The notes under the pieces were generated by a model that had not been told where the DNA came from, searched no databases, and saw nothing but the letters and a program-made list of their open reading frames with translations. A stretch of 64,000 bases of DNA, taken from positions 1,856,001 to 1,920,000 of the forward strand of contig CBDCKW010000009.1 of NCBI GenBank assembly GCA_965218435.1, given 5' to 3'. Below are positions 23,234 through 32,111 of the stretch, in pieces. Origin of the DNA: Truepera sp. Lineage in GTDB: Bacteria > Deinococcota > Deinococci > Deinococcales > Trueperaceae. Position 1 is the stretch's first letter. Every line of letters begins with the position of its first letter. The position numbers and the translations under genes are program-made.

Positions 23234-24568
23234 ATGTCACGACGTTATTTCGGCACCGACGGTATCAGGGGGGTTGCAGGAGCCCCACCGATGACCGCAG
23301 AGTTCGCTTTTTCGGTCGGTGTCGCCGCGGCTGAAGCCCTTAAAGGGGCGGGCCGTGACGCGCCTACGGTCTTGATCGGACGCGATACCCGCCGTTCCGG
23401 GCAGATGCTCATGTCGGCGCTCGTGGCAGGGCTGACCTCGAGGGGTGCCTTTGCTGTTGAACTCGGCGTTTTGCCGACTCCCGGTGTCTCACACCTCTGC
23501 CGCTCGCTCGGCGCAGCTGCGGGTATCGTCATCAGCGCGTCGCACAACCCGTTTGCCGACAACGGCATCAAGTTTTTTAGCGCCGACGGCGAAAAGCTCT
23601 CGGACGCGCTCGAGGCTGAGATCGAAAGCTACCTGGGGCGTGTTGCGACTCTACCTGCTGTCACCGGCGCGGCCATCGGCACGTTTGAACGCTACGACCG
23701 CAGCAGCAGCCACGAATACCGCGACTTTTTGATCGCCAGCGGCCCCGACCTGAGCGGCCTTAAGATCGGTTTAGACTGCGCCAACGGCGCAGCGTACAAA
23801 CTCGCCCCCGAAGTTTTTTCGCTACTCGGGGCCGACGTGCGGGTGATCAACGCCGAACCCGACGGGCTCAATATCAATACCGGCTGCGGCTCAACGCATC
23901 CCGAAGCTATCGCACACTTTGTTCAAACCGAGGGCTTAGACCTCGGCGTCACCTTCGACGGCGACGCCGACCGTGCGCTCCTCGTAGACCGCGCGGGGCG
24001 GCTGATTTCAGGCGACCACATGCTCGCGATCTGTGCGCTCTACCGCCACGAACAAGCCGTCGTCTCGACCATTATGGGGAACTTGGGCCTCGAGCACTAC
24101 CTGACCGCACGCGGTGTGGGCTTTTACCGCGCCGCCGTCGGTGACCGCTACGTTTACGAGATGCTCCGTACCAAAGGCTTGTCTTTAGGCGGTGAACAGT
24201 CCGGACACGTGCTCTTTTTAGACAAAGCGCCGACCGGCGACGGCATTTTGAGCGCCTTACAAACGCTCGCTGCGGTGCAGGGTTCAGGAAAAATGCTCGA
24301 GACTTGGTTTGACGAAATCACCATGTACCCGCAAATCCTGCTTAACGTCCGAGTTGACCCGCTCGTAAAAGCGCGGCTCGCCGAACATCAGCAAGTAGCT
24401 GTAGCTCTGCAAGAAGCCTCAGCGCGCCTCAACGGTGAGGGCCGCGTCAACGTTCGGCCGTCAGGCACCGAGCCGCTCGTCCGGGTGATGGTTGAAGGGC
24501 GCGACCAAAGTACGATCGAGCAGGTTGCTAGAGATATTGCGGCTGTGGTCGAACGGGCGAGACTCTAA
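23234..24568 (+). CDS. glmM: Phosphoglucosamine mutase
   Basis: FGTDGIRG, SASHNP, FDGDADR, GGEQSGH, RPSGTEP. Confidence 0.95.
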   Translation: MSRRYFGTDGIRGVAGAPPMTAEFAFSVGVAAAEALKGAGRDAPTVLIGRDTRRSGQMLMSALVAGLTSRGAFAVELGVLPTPGVSHLCRSLGAAAGIVISASHNPFADNGIKFFSADGEKLSDALEAEIESYLGRVATLPAVTGAAIGTFERYDRSSSHEYRDFLIASGPDLSGLKIGLDCANGAAYKLAPEVFSLLGADVRVINAEPDGLNINTGCGSTHPEAIAHFVQTEGLDLGVTFDGDADRALLVDRAGRLISGDHMLAICALYRHEQAVVSTIMGNLGLEHYLTARGVGFYRAAVGDRYVYEMLRTKGLSLGGEQSGHVLFLDKAPTGDGILSALQTLAAVQGSGKMLETWFDEITMYPQILLNVRVDPLVKARLAEHQQVAVALQEASARLNGEGRVNVRPSGTEPLVRVMVEGRDQSTIEQVARDIAAVVERARL

Positions 24569-24760
24569 GCCGGCTTGTTCAAGCGTTCTGGTAGACGTCC
24601 ACTAAATTTTTAGGTGTCATTCTGAAATGCAGCGGCTTTTGCGGTCACTGAGCCGGGTTCTCGCTTAGACAATTTTGGCTTTGTTAAGGGCAGCATTTCA
24701 AAATGTGCGTATCAAACTATGCTTCATTTACTTGAGCTGGCTCAAACCAAATCATACCTT

Positions 24761-25132
24761 CTATAATTTGGTAAAAGGCAGAGGTTTTAGCTCGAGAACC
24801 ACCTGACCCCCATAGACAAACGCCATGTGGAGCGTGTCACCCGACCAGCGCAGCTCAGGCAGCGGTAAATCCCGAAGAACCGCGTCACTCGTCGGCCAAG
24901 GATCGGTCGTCCTTTCAGCGATCACGTCTTGCACTGTGCTCATGATCTGATAGGCGATATGGGCCAGATCTTCTTTTTCCGTCTCTGAGGCGTAGTGCAG
25001 GTTGATACCCTGCCCCGCTTCAGCTTGACCGTCAAACGACACGCCGACTACCGCACCGTCAAGCTCGAGGCTAAACACAGGGGGCGTAACCAGGTTAAGC
25101 TGTTGTACCAGCCAAGAGGCCAGTTCAACCAC
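24761..25132 (-). CDS. Hypothetical protein
   Basis: ORF; GTG at 25132 avoids overlap with kynB. Confidence 0.5.
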   Translation of the reverse strand: MVELASWLVQQLNLVTPPVFSLELDGAVVGVSFDGQAEAGQGINLHYASETEKEDLAHIAYQIMSTVQDVIAERTTDPWPTSDAVLRDLPLPELRWSGDTLHMAFVYGGQVVLELKPLPFTKL

Positions 25133-25192
25133 TTTGGGGGAAGGTCTACCGGTTCGGGCGAAGGGTAACTGAAGCGTCGGGTAGAGTAGTTC

Positions 25193-25789
25193 ATGATTGA
25201 TATTACCCGCGCCTTGACCTCTGGGCACCCCAACTGGCCCGGTGACACCCCTCTAACCGTAAAGCTTACCGCCGACATCACTCAAGGTTCAGCGGTCAAC
25301 ATTATGAAGCTCTCAACCTCGACGCACTGTGGCACCCACCTCGACGCGCCGTTTCATTACAGCCAAGGCGGGGGGCGGTTGGGAAGCGTGGCGCTCGAGC
25401 TGCTGATCGGTCCGGCACGAATCATTGACGCACGCAGCAGTGTGACCCCCGAACTGTTAGCGCCCTTTGACCAGCTACCTGAACGCGTCCTCTTTTATAC
25501 CGGCGAACCCGCTCATTGGGACGTGTTTCCCAACTTCACGCCGCTCACGCCTGAGCTGATTTACGCCCTCGCTGACCGGGGTGTGAAACTCGTCGGCACC
25601 GACGCACCGAGTGTAGATACCCTGACGAGTAAAGATTTGCCCGCGCATAAGGCTTGTTTGGAACGTGGTGTGCTGATCCTCGAGGGTCTCAACTTGGTCA
25701 ATGTTCCCGAGGGCAAGTACGAACTTATCTGCTTACCGCTCAACCTCCCCGACGCCGACGCGTCGCCGGTCAGGGCCATCCTCCGGTGA
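25193..25789 (+). CDS. kynB: Cyclase-family arylformamidase (kynurenine formamidase)
   Basis: HCGTHLDAPFH, GTDAPSVD, DASPVRA; coupled to kynU. Confidence 0.85.
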   Translation: MIDITRALTSGHPNWPGDTPLTVKLTADITQGSAVNIMKLSTSTHCGTHLDAPFHYSQGGGRLGSVALELLIGPARIIDARSSVTPELLAPFDQLPERVLFYTGEPAHWDVFPNFTPLTPELIYALADRGVKLVGTDAPSVDTLTSKDLPAHKACLERGVLILEGLNLVNVPEGKYELICLPLNLPDADASPVRAILR

Positions 25790-26967
25790 AACGGGACGCG
25801 TTCTTACTGCCGCGCGGTATCTACTTAGACGGCAACTCGCTCGGCCCGCTCTCTTACGGGGCGCAAGCTGCGACTGAGCGCCGCTTAAAGCAGTGGCAGC
25901 ACTTGGCGGTGAGCGGCTGGGACGAGTGGTTTGAACTTGCGGAGCGCCTCTCCCCGGCGCTTGCTCGGCTCGTCGGGGCGAAACCTACAGAGGTCATCGC
26001 CACGGGCAGCATCACGAGTAACCTGCACGCGCTTTTAGCGACGTTTTACGAGCCCCAAGGCGAACGCCGCAACCTGCTGGCGACCAGCCTCGACTTTCCC
26101 AGCGACCTCTACGCGCTTTCGGCGTGGGCCGAGCGGCAGGGCGGCGAGCTCAAGCTCATCCCCTCGAGAGACGGGCATACCCTTCACGAAAACGATATTC
26201 AGGGTGCGCTGACGACGGACATCGCCGTCGCCGTATTACCAACGGTGCTCTACCGGAGCGGACAACTCTTAGACGTTACAAGTATCACCGCGCAGGCGCA
26301 CGCTGCAGGTGCGCTGATCGGCTGGGACGCGGCGCATAGTATTGGCGCGGTGCCGCACAGCTTTCACGACGCCGGAGTGGACTTTGCCGTGTGGTGTTCG
26401 TATAAATATCTCAACGCGGGACCGGGTGCGCCGGGTGGCTTATTCGTGCATGAGCGGCACTTTGAGCGTACTCCGGGATTGCCGGGGTGGTGGGGCCACG
26501 ACAAAGCGACGCAGTTTGAAATGGCCGCAGCGTTTCGCAAAGCGGTCGGCGCAGGCGCGTATCAGCTTGGCACGCCGAGCATCATCGCGCTCGCGGGGCT
26601 CGAGGGCGCTCTCGGCGTGTTCGAAGAGGTCAGTATCGGGGCGGTGCGCACACGCTCATTAGAGCTGACCGAATACCTTATCGTCCTCGCGGACGCGCAG
26701 CTGCCGGAACTCACGTTGCGGACGCCCCGGAACCCGGAAAAGCGGGGCGGCCACCTCGTTTTAGAACACCCTCACGCGCAGAGCCTGAGCCTTGCGCTCC
26801 GGGAACGTCAGATCGTTCCCGATTACCGCGCTCCCAACTTGCTCCGGCTCGCCCCGGTCGCGCTTTATAACACTGAAGCTGAGCTAGACGAAACGGTGCG
26901 TGTACTGCGAGAGCTGTTAGATAGGAGAAGTTATGTAAAAGAGATTCCGGCAGGCCCTGTTACTTAG
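25786..26967 (+). CDS. kynU: Kynureninase
   Basis: YLDGNSLGP, FPSDLY, WCSYKYLNAGPG, GWWGH; GTG overlapping the kynB stop. Confidence 0.92.
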   Translation: MKRDAFLLPRGIYLDGNSLGPLSYGAQAATERRLKQWQHLAVSGWDEWFELAERLSPALARLVGAKPTEVIATGSITSNLHALLATFYEPQGERRNLLATSLDFPSDLYALSAWAERQGGELKLIPSRDGHTLHENDIQGALTTDIAVAVLPTVLYRSGQLLDVTSITAQAHAAGALIGWDAAHSIGAVPHSFHDAGVDFAVWCSYKYLNAGPGAPGGLFVHERHFERTPGLPGWWGHDKATQFEMAAAFRKAVGAGAYQLGTPSIIALAGLEGALGVFEEVSIGAVRTRSLELTEYLIVLADAQLPELTLRTPRNPEKRGGHLVLEHPHAQSLSLALRERQIVPDYRAPNLLRLAPVALYNTEAELDETVRVLRELLDRRSYVKEIPAGPVT

Positions 26968-27030
26968 GCTCGAGTCGCCTTGTCTACACGCTTGATATTT
27001 GTCTACATACTTGTCTGCACATACGTTTAG

Positions 27031-27453
27031 CTACCGCGCCGGACAGACCACGCTCATCTCGGTGCCCCAGCGGTACGCCTCGCTGCAGGTAACCCAGGCG
27101 CGTTTAATTGAAATGGTACTAAGCACGTTGGCGTCGCCCGGGACCTTTAAGGTAGCGATGACGCCCTGCCCGCGCGGTCCCCAAAGCGTGACAGTTTGCG
27201 GGTAGGTGCCGCGAAACGCCTCAGCGTCTTTGGGCAAGGTAGTCTCGTCCCCCGTAAGCGCCGCGTAGCGCCCCTGAAAGGTGGCTCCGGCAGGCCCGTC
27301 GAAGTGAACGTAGTACGGAATCGGCCCCCCAAACTCGTAGTAAAGGCCCGCAACCACGAGGAGTGTAAACAGCAAGATTAAGATGCGGGTAAGCGGAACT
27401 TCGGGTGCCCGGACGCGTTGACTTTTCCCTTGACCTTGAACTTCTCTAACCAC
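27031..27453 (-). CDS. Hypothetical membrane-anchored protein
   Basis: Single TM segment ILILLFTLLVVAGLYY; start uncertain. Confidence 0.5.
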   Translation of the reverse strand: MVREVQGQGKSQRVRAPEVPLTRILILLFTLLVVAGLYYEFGGPIPYYVHFDGPAGATFQGRYAALTGDETTLPKDAEAFRGTYPQTVTLWGPRGQGVIATLKVPGDANVLSTISIKRAWVTCSEAYRWGTEMSVVCPAR

Positions 27454-27596
27454 AGTAGCTCCTAACGGTATCCAGCTGAGCCCGAGAGCGCAGCGTAACG
27501 CTCCAGTTTACGGCGCTCACGCACAAAGATAAAGCGCGGTGAACTACACCGCGCCCTTTTTGCCTGCTGGGTTTAGACACATAGGTCTCGGACGAG

Positions 27597-28229
27597 CTAG
27601 CCGCGCAGGTGCTTAACGCCCGCTGCAACTTTGGCAACGCGGACACCGAGTTTACGGGCCATACTGAGTTCATCTTCTGAAGGTTGCCTCGAGCCGTCGC
27701 CACCGGCGAGCGTCCCAGGGCCGTAAGGCGAGCCGCCATGCACGCTAAGCGCAAAGAGTTCCGGGTTCTGACTGTAGGGCGACCCGACGAAGATCATCCC
27801 TTGGTGCAGCATCGGCACGAGCGCGGTCAGCACGGTTGACTCTTGGCCACCCCCGAGCGTCGCCGTCCCGACAAAGATACCCGTCACCTTATCGGTCAGC
27901 TCACCGTTCGCCCACAGGCCCCCGGTCGTGTCAATAAACGCCTTCATCTGCGCGGCCATGTTGCCGTAACGTGTCGGGGTGCCCCAGATGATGCCGTCGG
28001 CCCAGCGGAGGTCGTCGTGAGTTACCTCGTCGTGCTCAGCCATCGCCTGTTGCGCCTGAACATAGGCGTCTTGGCCTGACATCGCCTGACGCGCCGCCTC
28101 GAGTTCAGGAATACGCACAACTTTGACCTCGGTGTCGTCTACACTTTTGGCACCTTCGGCGACTGAATGCGCCATCTTATGGAGGTGACCATATGAACTG
28201 TAAAACGGAATCAGGATATGGGTAGGCAT
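27597..28229 (-). CDS. wrbA: NAD(P)H:quinone oxidoreductase WrbA
   Basis: FYSSYGH, GTPTRYGNM, GGQEST, GGSPYG. Confidence 0.93.
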   Translation of the reverse strand: MPTHILIPFYSSYGHLHKMAHSVAEGAKSVDDTEVKVVRIPELEAARQAMSGQDAYVQAQQAMAEHDEVTHDDLRWADGIIWGTPTRYGNMAAQMKAFIDTTGGLWANGELTDKVTGIFVGTATLGGGQESTVLTALVPMLHQGMIFVGSPYSQNPELFALSVHGGSPYGPGTLAGGDGSRQPSEDELSMARKLGVRVAKVAAGVKHLRG

Positions 28230-28450
28230 AGTGTCTCCTTTGGAATACTTGTGTGGGGTTTGCGAGCTTGTAACGTAAACTCAGCACGCGACCTTGCGGG
28301 CAAGGCGTTACCCGGCAACGTGTTAAAGCGTATGCGGAGTGCTATATTTTGTCAAGTAGTTTGTAATACATAGTTGCAGCTTGGGTAAGCTGTTTATTAT
28401 TTTATAAGTTTTTAGGGATTACAAAGCACGGAGGCCGCAGGGAAGGTTAC

Positions 28451-28792
28451 GTGGAGGTTACGGAGGAGCATACAGTGGAACATAACTTTTGTCCGATCTA
28501 CGAGTCAATCAATCTGCTGCAAGAGAAGTGGACGCTGCATATCGTGCGCTCGCTCTTAGGCGGCCCCAAAGGGTTTAACGAACTCGGCCGCGACATCGGC
28601 GGCTGCAACCCGACCACCTTGGCGCAACGTTTAGAACGGCTCGAGGCTGCCGGAATCATCCATAAAAGTGTGCAGTCCACCATGCCGCCACGGACCCGCT
28701 ACACCCTGACCGAAGCAGGACTCGCGTTAGAAGACGTGATCGGCGCAGTAGACCGTTGGGGGCGGCAGTTTCTGACTCAGACTGTTCCTTAA
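28451..28792 (+). CDS. HxlR-family transcriptional regulator
   Basis: CPI...KWTLHI...GFNEL...PPRTRYTLT; divergent from wrbA. Confidence 0.9.
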   Translation: MEVTEEHTVEHNFCPIYESINLLQEKWTLHIVRSLLGGPKGFNELGRDIGGCNPTTLAQRLERLEAAGIIHKSVQSTMPPRTRYTLTEAGLALEDVIGAVDRWGRQFLTQTVP

Positions 28793-28820
28793 GAGGTCAA
28801 AGTACTAGACATAAAGTGCT

Positions 28821-29069
28821 ATGAAATTTTTCACACCGCTGCTAGACTTACGCTATCTTAGTCGGGCTCCGCCCTGGTTTGGGGAGATAATGCGTCACAA
28901 TACCGTTTGGCTTTTTGTCGTTTTAGCACTTTTACTCACGGCCTTTTGCCTCGGATTACCCCAATTTCACTACGCCGTCGCGCTGATGATCGCCCTTATC
29001 TTACGGTACAAAGACCAACCCTATAACGAACCGCTTTTCAAATTTAGCTTTTCGCCGAGGCGCAGTTAG
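28821..29069 (+). CDS. Small membrane protein
   Basis: Two hydrophobic segments. Confidence 0.5.
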   Translation: MKFFTPLLDLRYLSRAPPWFGEIMRHNTVWLFVVLALLLTAFCLGLPQFHYAVALMIALILRYKDQPYNEPLFKFSFSPRRS

Positions 29070-29424
29070 AAGCTGTTCGGGTGCTGAGTTCCGCTGATCT
29101 TTCGGTTGAGCCGTGACGACTTCTACCGCCTTGCAGGTAAGTAGTCAGGGGTTAGAAGTCAGTAGTCCATCAGCCTTCTGCGCAGGTAACGTCGGTCTCG
29201 CGGTTGCGTGAGGGTCTTAAAAGCAACTGTCAACATGGCCTAGAGCCGACCGAGAGCGTCCACAACATAGCTGATATAAGTTAAGAGTTCAGAATAAAGA
29301 AGTTAGGTGTTTGGGCGTCTCTTACACCTTCAAGACGTGACCACAAGGGTAGACGACAACTGAAACCCCAAAACGCTTCACACGACGGCCACGCCGGTGC
29401 AGGGTGTTTTTACGCTCTGCTTTT

Positions 29425-29700
29425 TTAACGTACCGGGGGTCGTTTGCGTTTGTCGGCGTTGTTGCTTTTGTAAAAAAGCTCGGCGAGCTCGAGGTTGAGC
29501 TTGACCAGTTCCGCGTCCCGCAAACGGTGGTCCAACTGCTCTTTGCACGCGCCGACGCGCTCACTGAGCCCAGCGTTGGGTTTTGCCGGTGACGCTATGA
29601 TGAGGCGGTGCTCGAGACGCTCAATCAACTCCTTAGCCGCGTCTCGGTGTTTTTCACGTTGCAGTTTATTTAGTTTCATAAACGCCAGTTTCATAAGCAC
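29425..29700 (-). CDS. Hypothetical helical protein
   Basis: ORF only. Confidence 0.4.
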   Translation of the reverse strand: MLMKLAFMKLNKLQREKHRDAAKELIERLEHRLIIASPAKPNAGLSERVGACKEQLDHRLRDAELVKLNLELAELFYKSNNADKRKRPPVR

Positions 29701-29835
29701 TCAGTCTCATAGACACCCCCGTAAAGATAGCCCTACGCACTTCGGGTAACGTTTCAGCTGAACAACTTGCGATTAGAAGCTACCCGCTGAAAAGCCTAGC
29801 ACGCTGCATGAGCGTGTAAAGCAGCCCGAACTTCA

Positions 29836-31230
29836 TCAAGTTTTAACCAACGAGGGCTCTGCAACTTGGGCTCTAAGGGCTGCTAACTGTAACCGCCGAA
29901 ACCGCCCGACCAAAAGGAAGGCAGCCGTCATCAAACCGAGGACAAGCCCCAACCACAAACCCCGACCGCCGAGCCCCAGCACAAAAGCAAAGAGAACACC
30001 CGAACTAAGGCCGACGCCCCAATACGAAGTCAGTGAAATCAGCATCGGCGCACGCGTATCTTTAAGACCGCGAAGCGCCCCGGCTGCGCTCACCTGCAGC
30101 CCGTCAAACACCTGAAACACAGCCGCAAACGCTAAAAACTGCGCCGCTCTGCGGACAACTGCCGTGTTCGCCGGGTCGGTAACATCGAGGTAAAGCCCGA
30201 CGACCTGATCGGGTAAAAACCAGAAGGTCAAGGCGCTAACGAGCATGACACAGGCGCTTAACAAGATACCGACCCAGCCCGCACGCTGAACCCCAACAGG
30301 GTCACGCCTGCCGACGGCTTGCCCGACCCGGACAGCAGTCGCCGACGCCAACCCGAGCGGCACCATAAAGGTAAAACTCGCGCTCTGAATGGCAATTTGG
30401 TGCGCCGCGAGTGGCACCGTGCCGAGCGTCCCTATCAAGACCGCCGTCGCGGAAAAAAGACCCGCCTCAAACCCGAGTGTCAGGCCAATCGGCCAGCCGA
30501 TACGGAGGAGGTCGACAAGCATGTTAAGGTCAACACCGCGAAACCGAAAGAGTCCAAATTGGGGCAGGGTGCGGGCACTATGCAGCGCCAGCAACCCGAA
30601 ACTAAGCCCGAACGAAAGGGCGCTGGCGTACCCTGTGCCAACCAAGCCAAGTGCCGGAAAACCCCAGTTGCCAAACATCAGCAAGTAGTTCATCAGCGCG
30701 TTGAAGCCGACCGCCAAAAACGCAATGACCATCACCGGACGCGGGTTTGAAATCCCTTCGAAAAGGCCACGCAAACCGACCGTCAGGAGGGCCGGAACAA
30801 CCCCCCAGGCAATCGCCTGCACGTACCCGGTCGCCAGCCGCACCGTTTCGGGCTCTTGACCCAGGAGCGGCAAGATATGGCCGATCTGCGAAAACAACAC
30901 GAGGGCCGGCACACTGAGGAGCAGCGCCAAGAAAAAACCCTGCTGCGCGGCCCTGCCCGCCGCCGCCGTCTCCCCTGCCCCGAACGCCTGCGAAACGGTC
31001 GGGCCGACCGAAAAAAGCACACCACTGCAAACCAAAACAGTCAAAAAAAAGATGCTGCCGCCGAGTGCGATACCCGCAAGCTGCGTATTACCGAGACGCC
31101 CGACCATCAGCGTGTCCACAAACGACGCCGACATCTGCGCGACTTGCGCCAAAATGAGCGGCAGAGCCAGCGTGAGCGTGCGGCGCACCTCGAGCCTCAG
31201 AGAAGGTTTTAGCACAGGTGCCGCGTCCAT
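29836..31230 (-). CDS. MATE efflux transporter (NorM-like)
   Basis: FVDTLMVGRLG, LAAHQIA, RVGQAVG, GALRGLKDT. Confidence 0.92.
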   Translation of the reverse strand: MDAAPVLKPSLRLEVRRTLTLALPLILAQVAQMSASFVDTLMVGRLGNTQLAGIALGGSIFFLTVLVCSGVLFSVGPTVSQAFGAGETAAAGRAAQQGFFLALLLSVPALVLFSQIGHILPLLGQEPETVRLATGYVQAIAWGVVPALLTVGLRGLFEGISNPRPVMVIAFLAVGFNALMNYLLMFGNWGFPALGLVGTGYASALSFGLSFGLLALHSARTLPQFGLFRFRGVDLNMLVDLLRIGWPIGLTLGFEAGLFSATAVLIGTLGTVPLAAHQIAIQSASFTFMVPLGLASATAVRVGQAVGRRDPVGVQRAGWVGILLSACVMLVSALTFWFLPDQVVGLYLDVTDPANTAVVRRAAQFLAFAAVFQVFDGLQVSAAGALRGLKDTRAPMLISLTSYWGVGLSSGVLFAFVLGLGGRGLWLGLVLGLMTAAFLLVGRFRRLQLAALRAQVAEPSLVKT

Positions 31231-31291
31231 AGAGGGTGACTATACCCGGAGAAGATCAGACTTCAACCCTTTTAGCCAACGCGAAAATGCG

Positions 31292-31594
31292 TCAGCCTAG
31301 TTTTTCTTTAATAGCTGCCAACATGTTCAGGTTAGGCGGAAAAATGGGTTCAGGCAGCGCGTCAAGAGCAAAGTAGCGTAGCTCGAGACCCGTCTCCTCA
31401 AAAACTTCGCGTCGCGCAGCCTCTTCAACCGTTTCGCCCAAGTTCATGATGCCGCCCACGACACCCCAGGTGCCATCGTCTGAACGGCGCTGCAAAAGCA
31501 GACGGCCTGAGCTGTCTCTGATCAGGATGACCGCAGCGACGAAAATGGCCGGTTTGTTGCCGATCATCCCCCGGAGATAACGGATATAGTCCAT
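31292..31594 (-). pseudogene. Internally deleted NUDIX paralog
   Basis: Same N-terminus (MDYIRYLR) as the neighbour; EETGL joined directly to ELRYF, ~50 aa missing. Confidence 0.75.
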
Positions 31595-31597
31595 AGC

Positions 31598-32056
31598 TCA
31601 ATCTTGGCGTACAGATCGCTTTTTGATAGCCTCGAGAATAGGCAGATTCGGTTCAAAAAGATTCTCCGGAAAGGCGTTAAGCGGAAAGTAACGGAGCTCG
31701 AGCCCCTCCGCGTCGGGTTGCAGCGTGCCGTTTGTGCTGTCTGTCAAAAACGTGATGGTGATAATTTGGGCTTCATCACCGTTTGGGTAGGTATAGAAAA
31801 GTCCAATATCTTCAAAAACGCCGAACAGCTCCAAGTTACCTACAGTCAAGCCTGTCTCTTCCAAAACTTCACGCCTGGCCGCCGCTTCGAGGCTTTCGCC
31901 TAACTCCATAAAGCCGCCGATCAGACCCCAGCCAGTTCCGTCAGCACGGTGTTGCAAAAGCAGTTCACCGGCTCCGTTAAAGATTACGACGCCCGCTGTA
32001 ACCATAATGACGGGTTTCGGGCCGACCATATGGCGGAGATAACGGATATAGTCCAC
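31598..32056 (-). CDS. NUDIX hydrolase
   Basis: GGFMELGESLEAAARREVLEETG, YPNGD. Confidence 0.92.
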   Translation of the reverse strand: MDYIRYLRHMVGPKPVIMVTAGVVIFNGAGELLLQHRADGTGWGLIGGFMELGESLEAAARREVLEETGLTVGNLELFGVFEDIGLFYTYPNGDEAQIITITFLTDSTNGTLQPDAEGLELRYFPLNAFPENLFEPNLPILEAIKKRSVRQD

Positions 32057-32111
32057 GCCCTAACCTATCAGACCTGCTTAGGGTGCATAGCGCCTGTATA
32101 ATCAGCGTTTA

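Noticed and set aside
29070..29424. Structured ncRNA in this intergenic gap
   Set aside because: No recognisable RNA family or convincing long stems by eye; only short broken ORFs.
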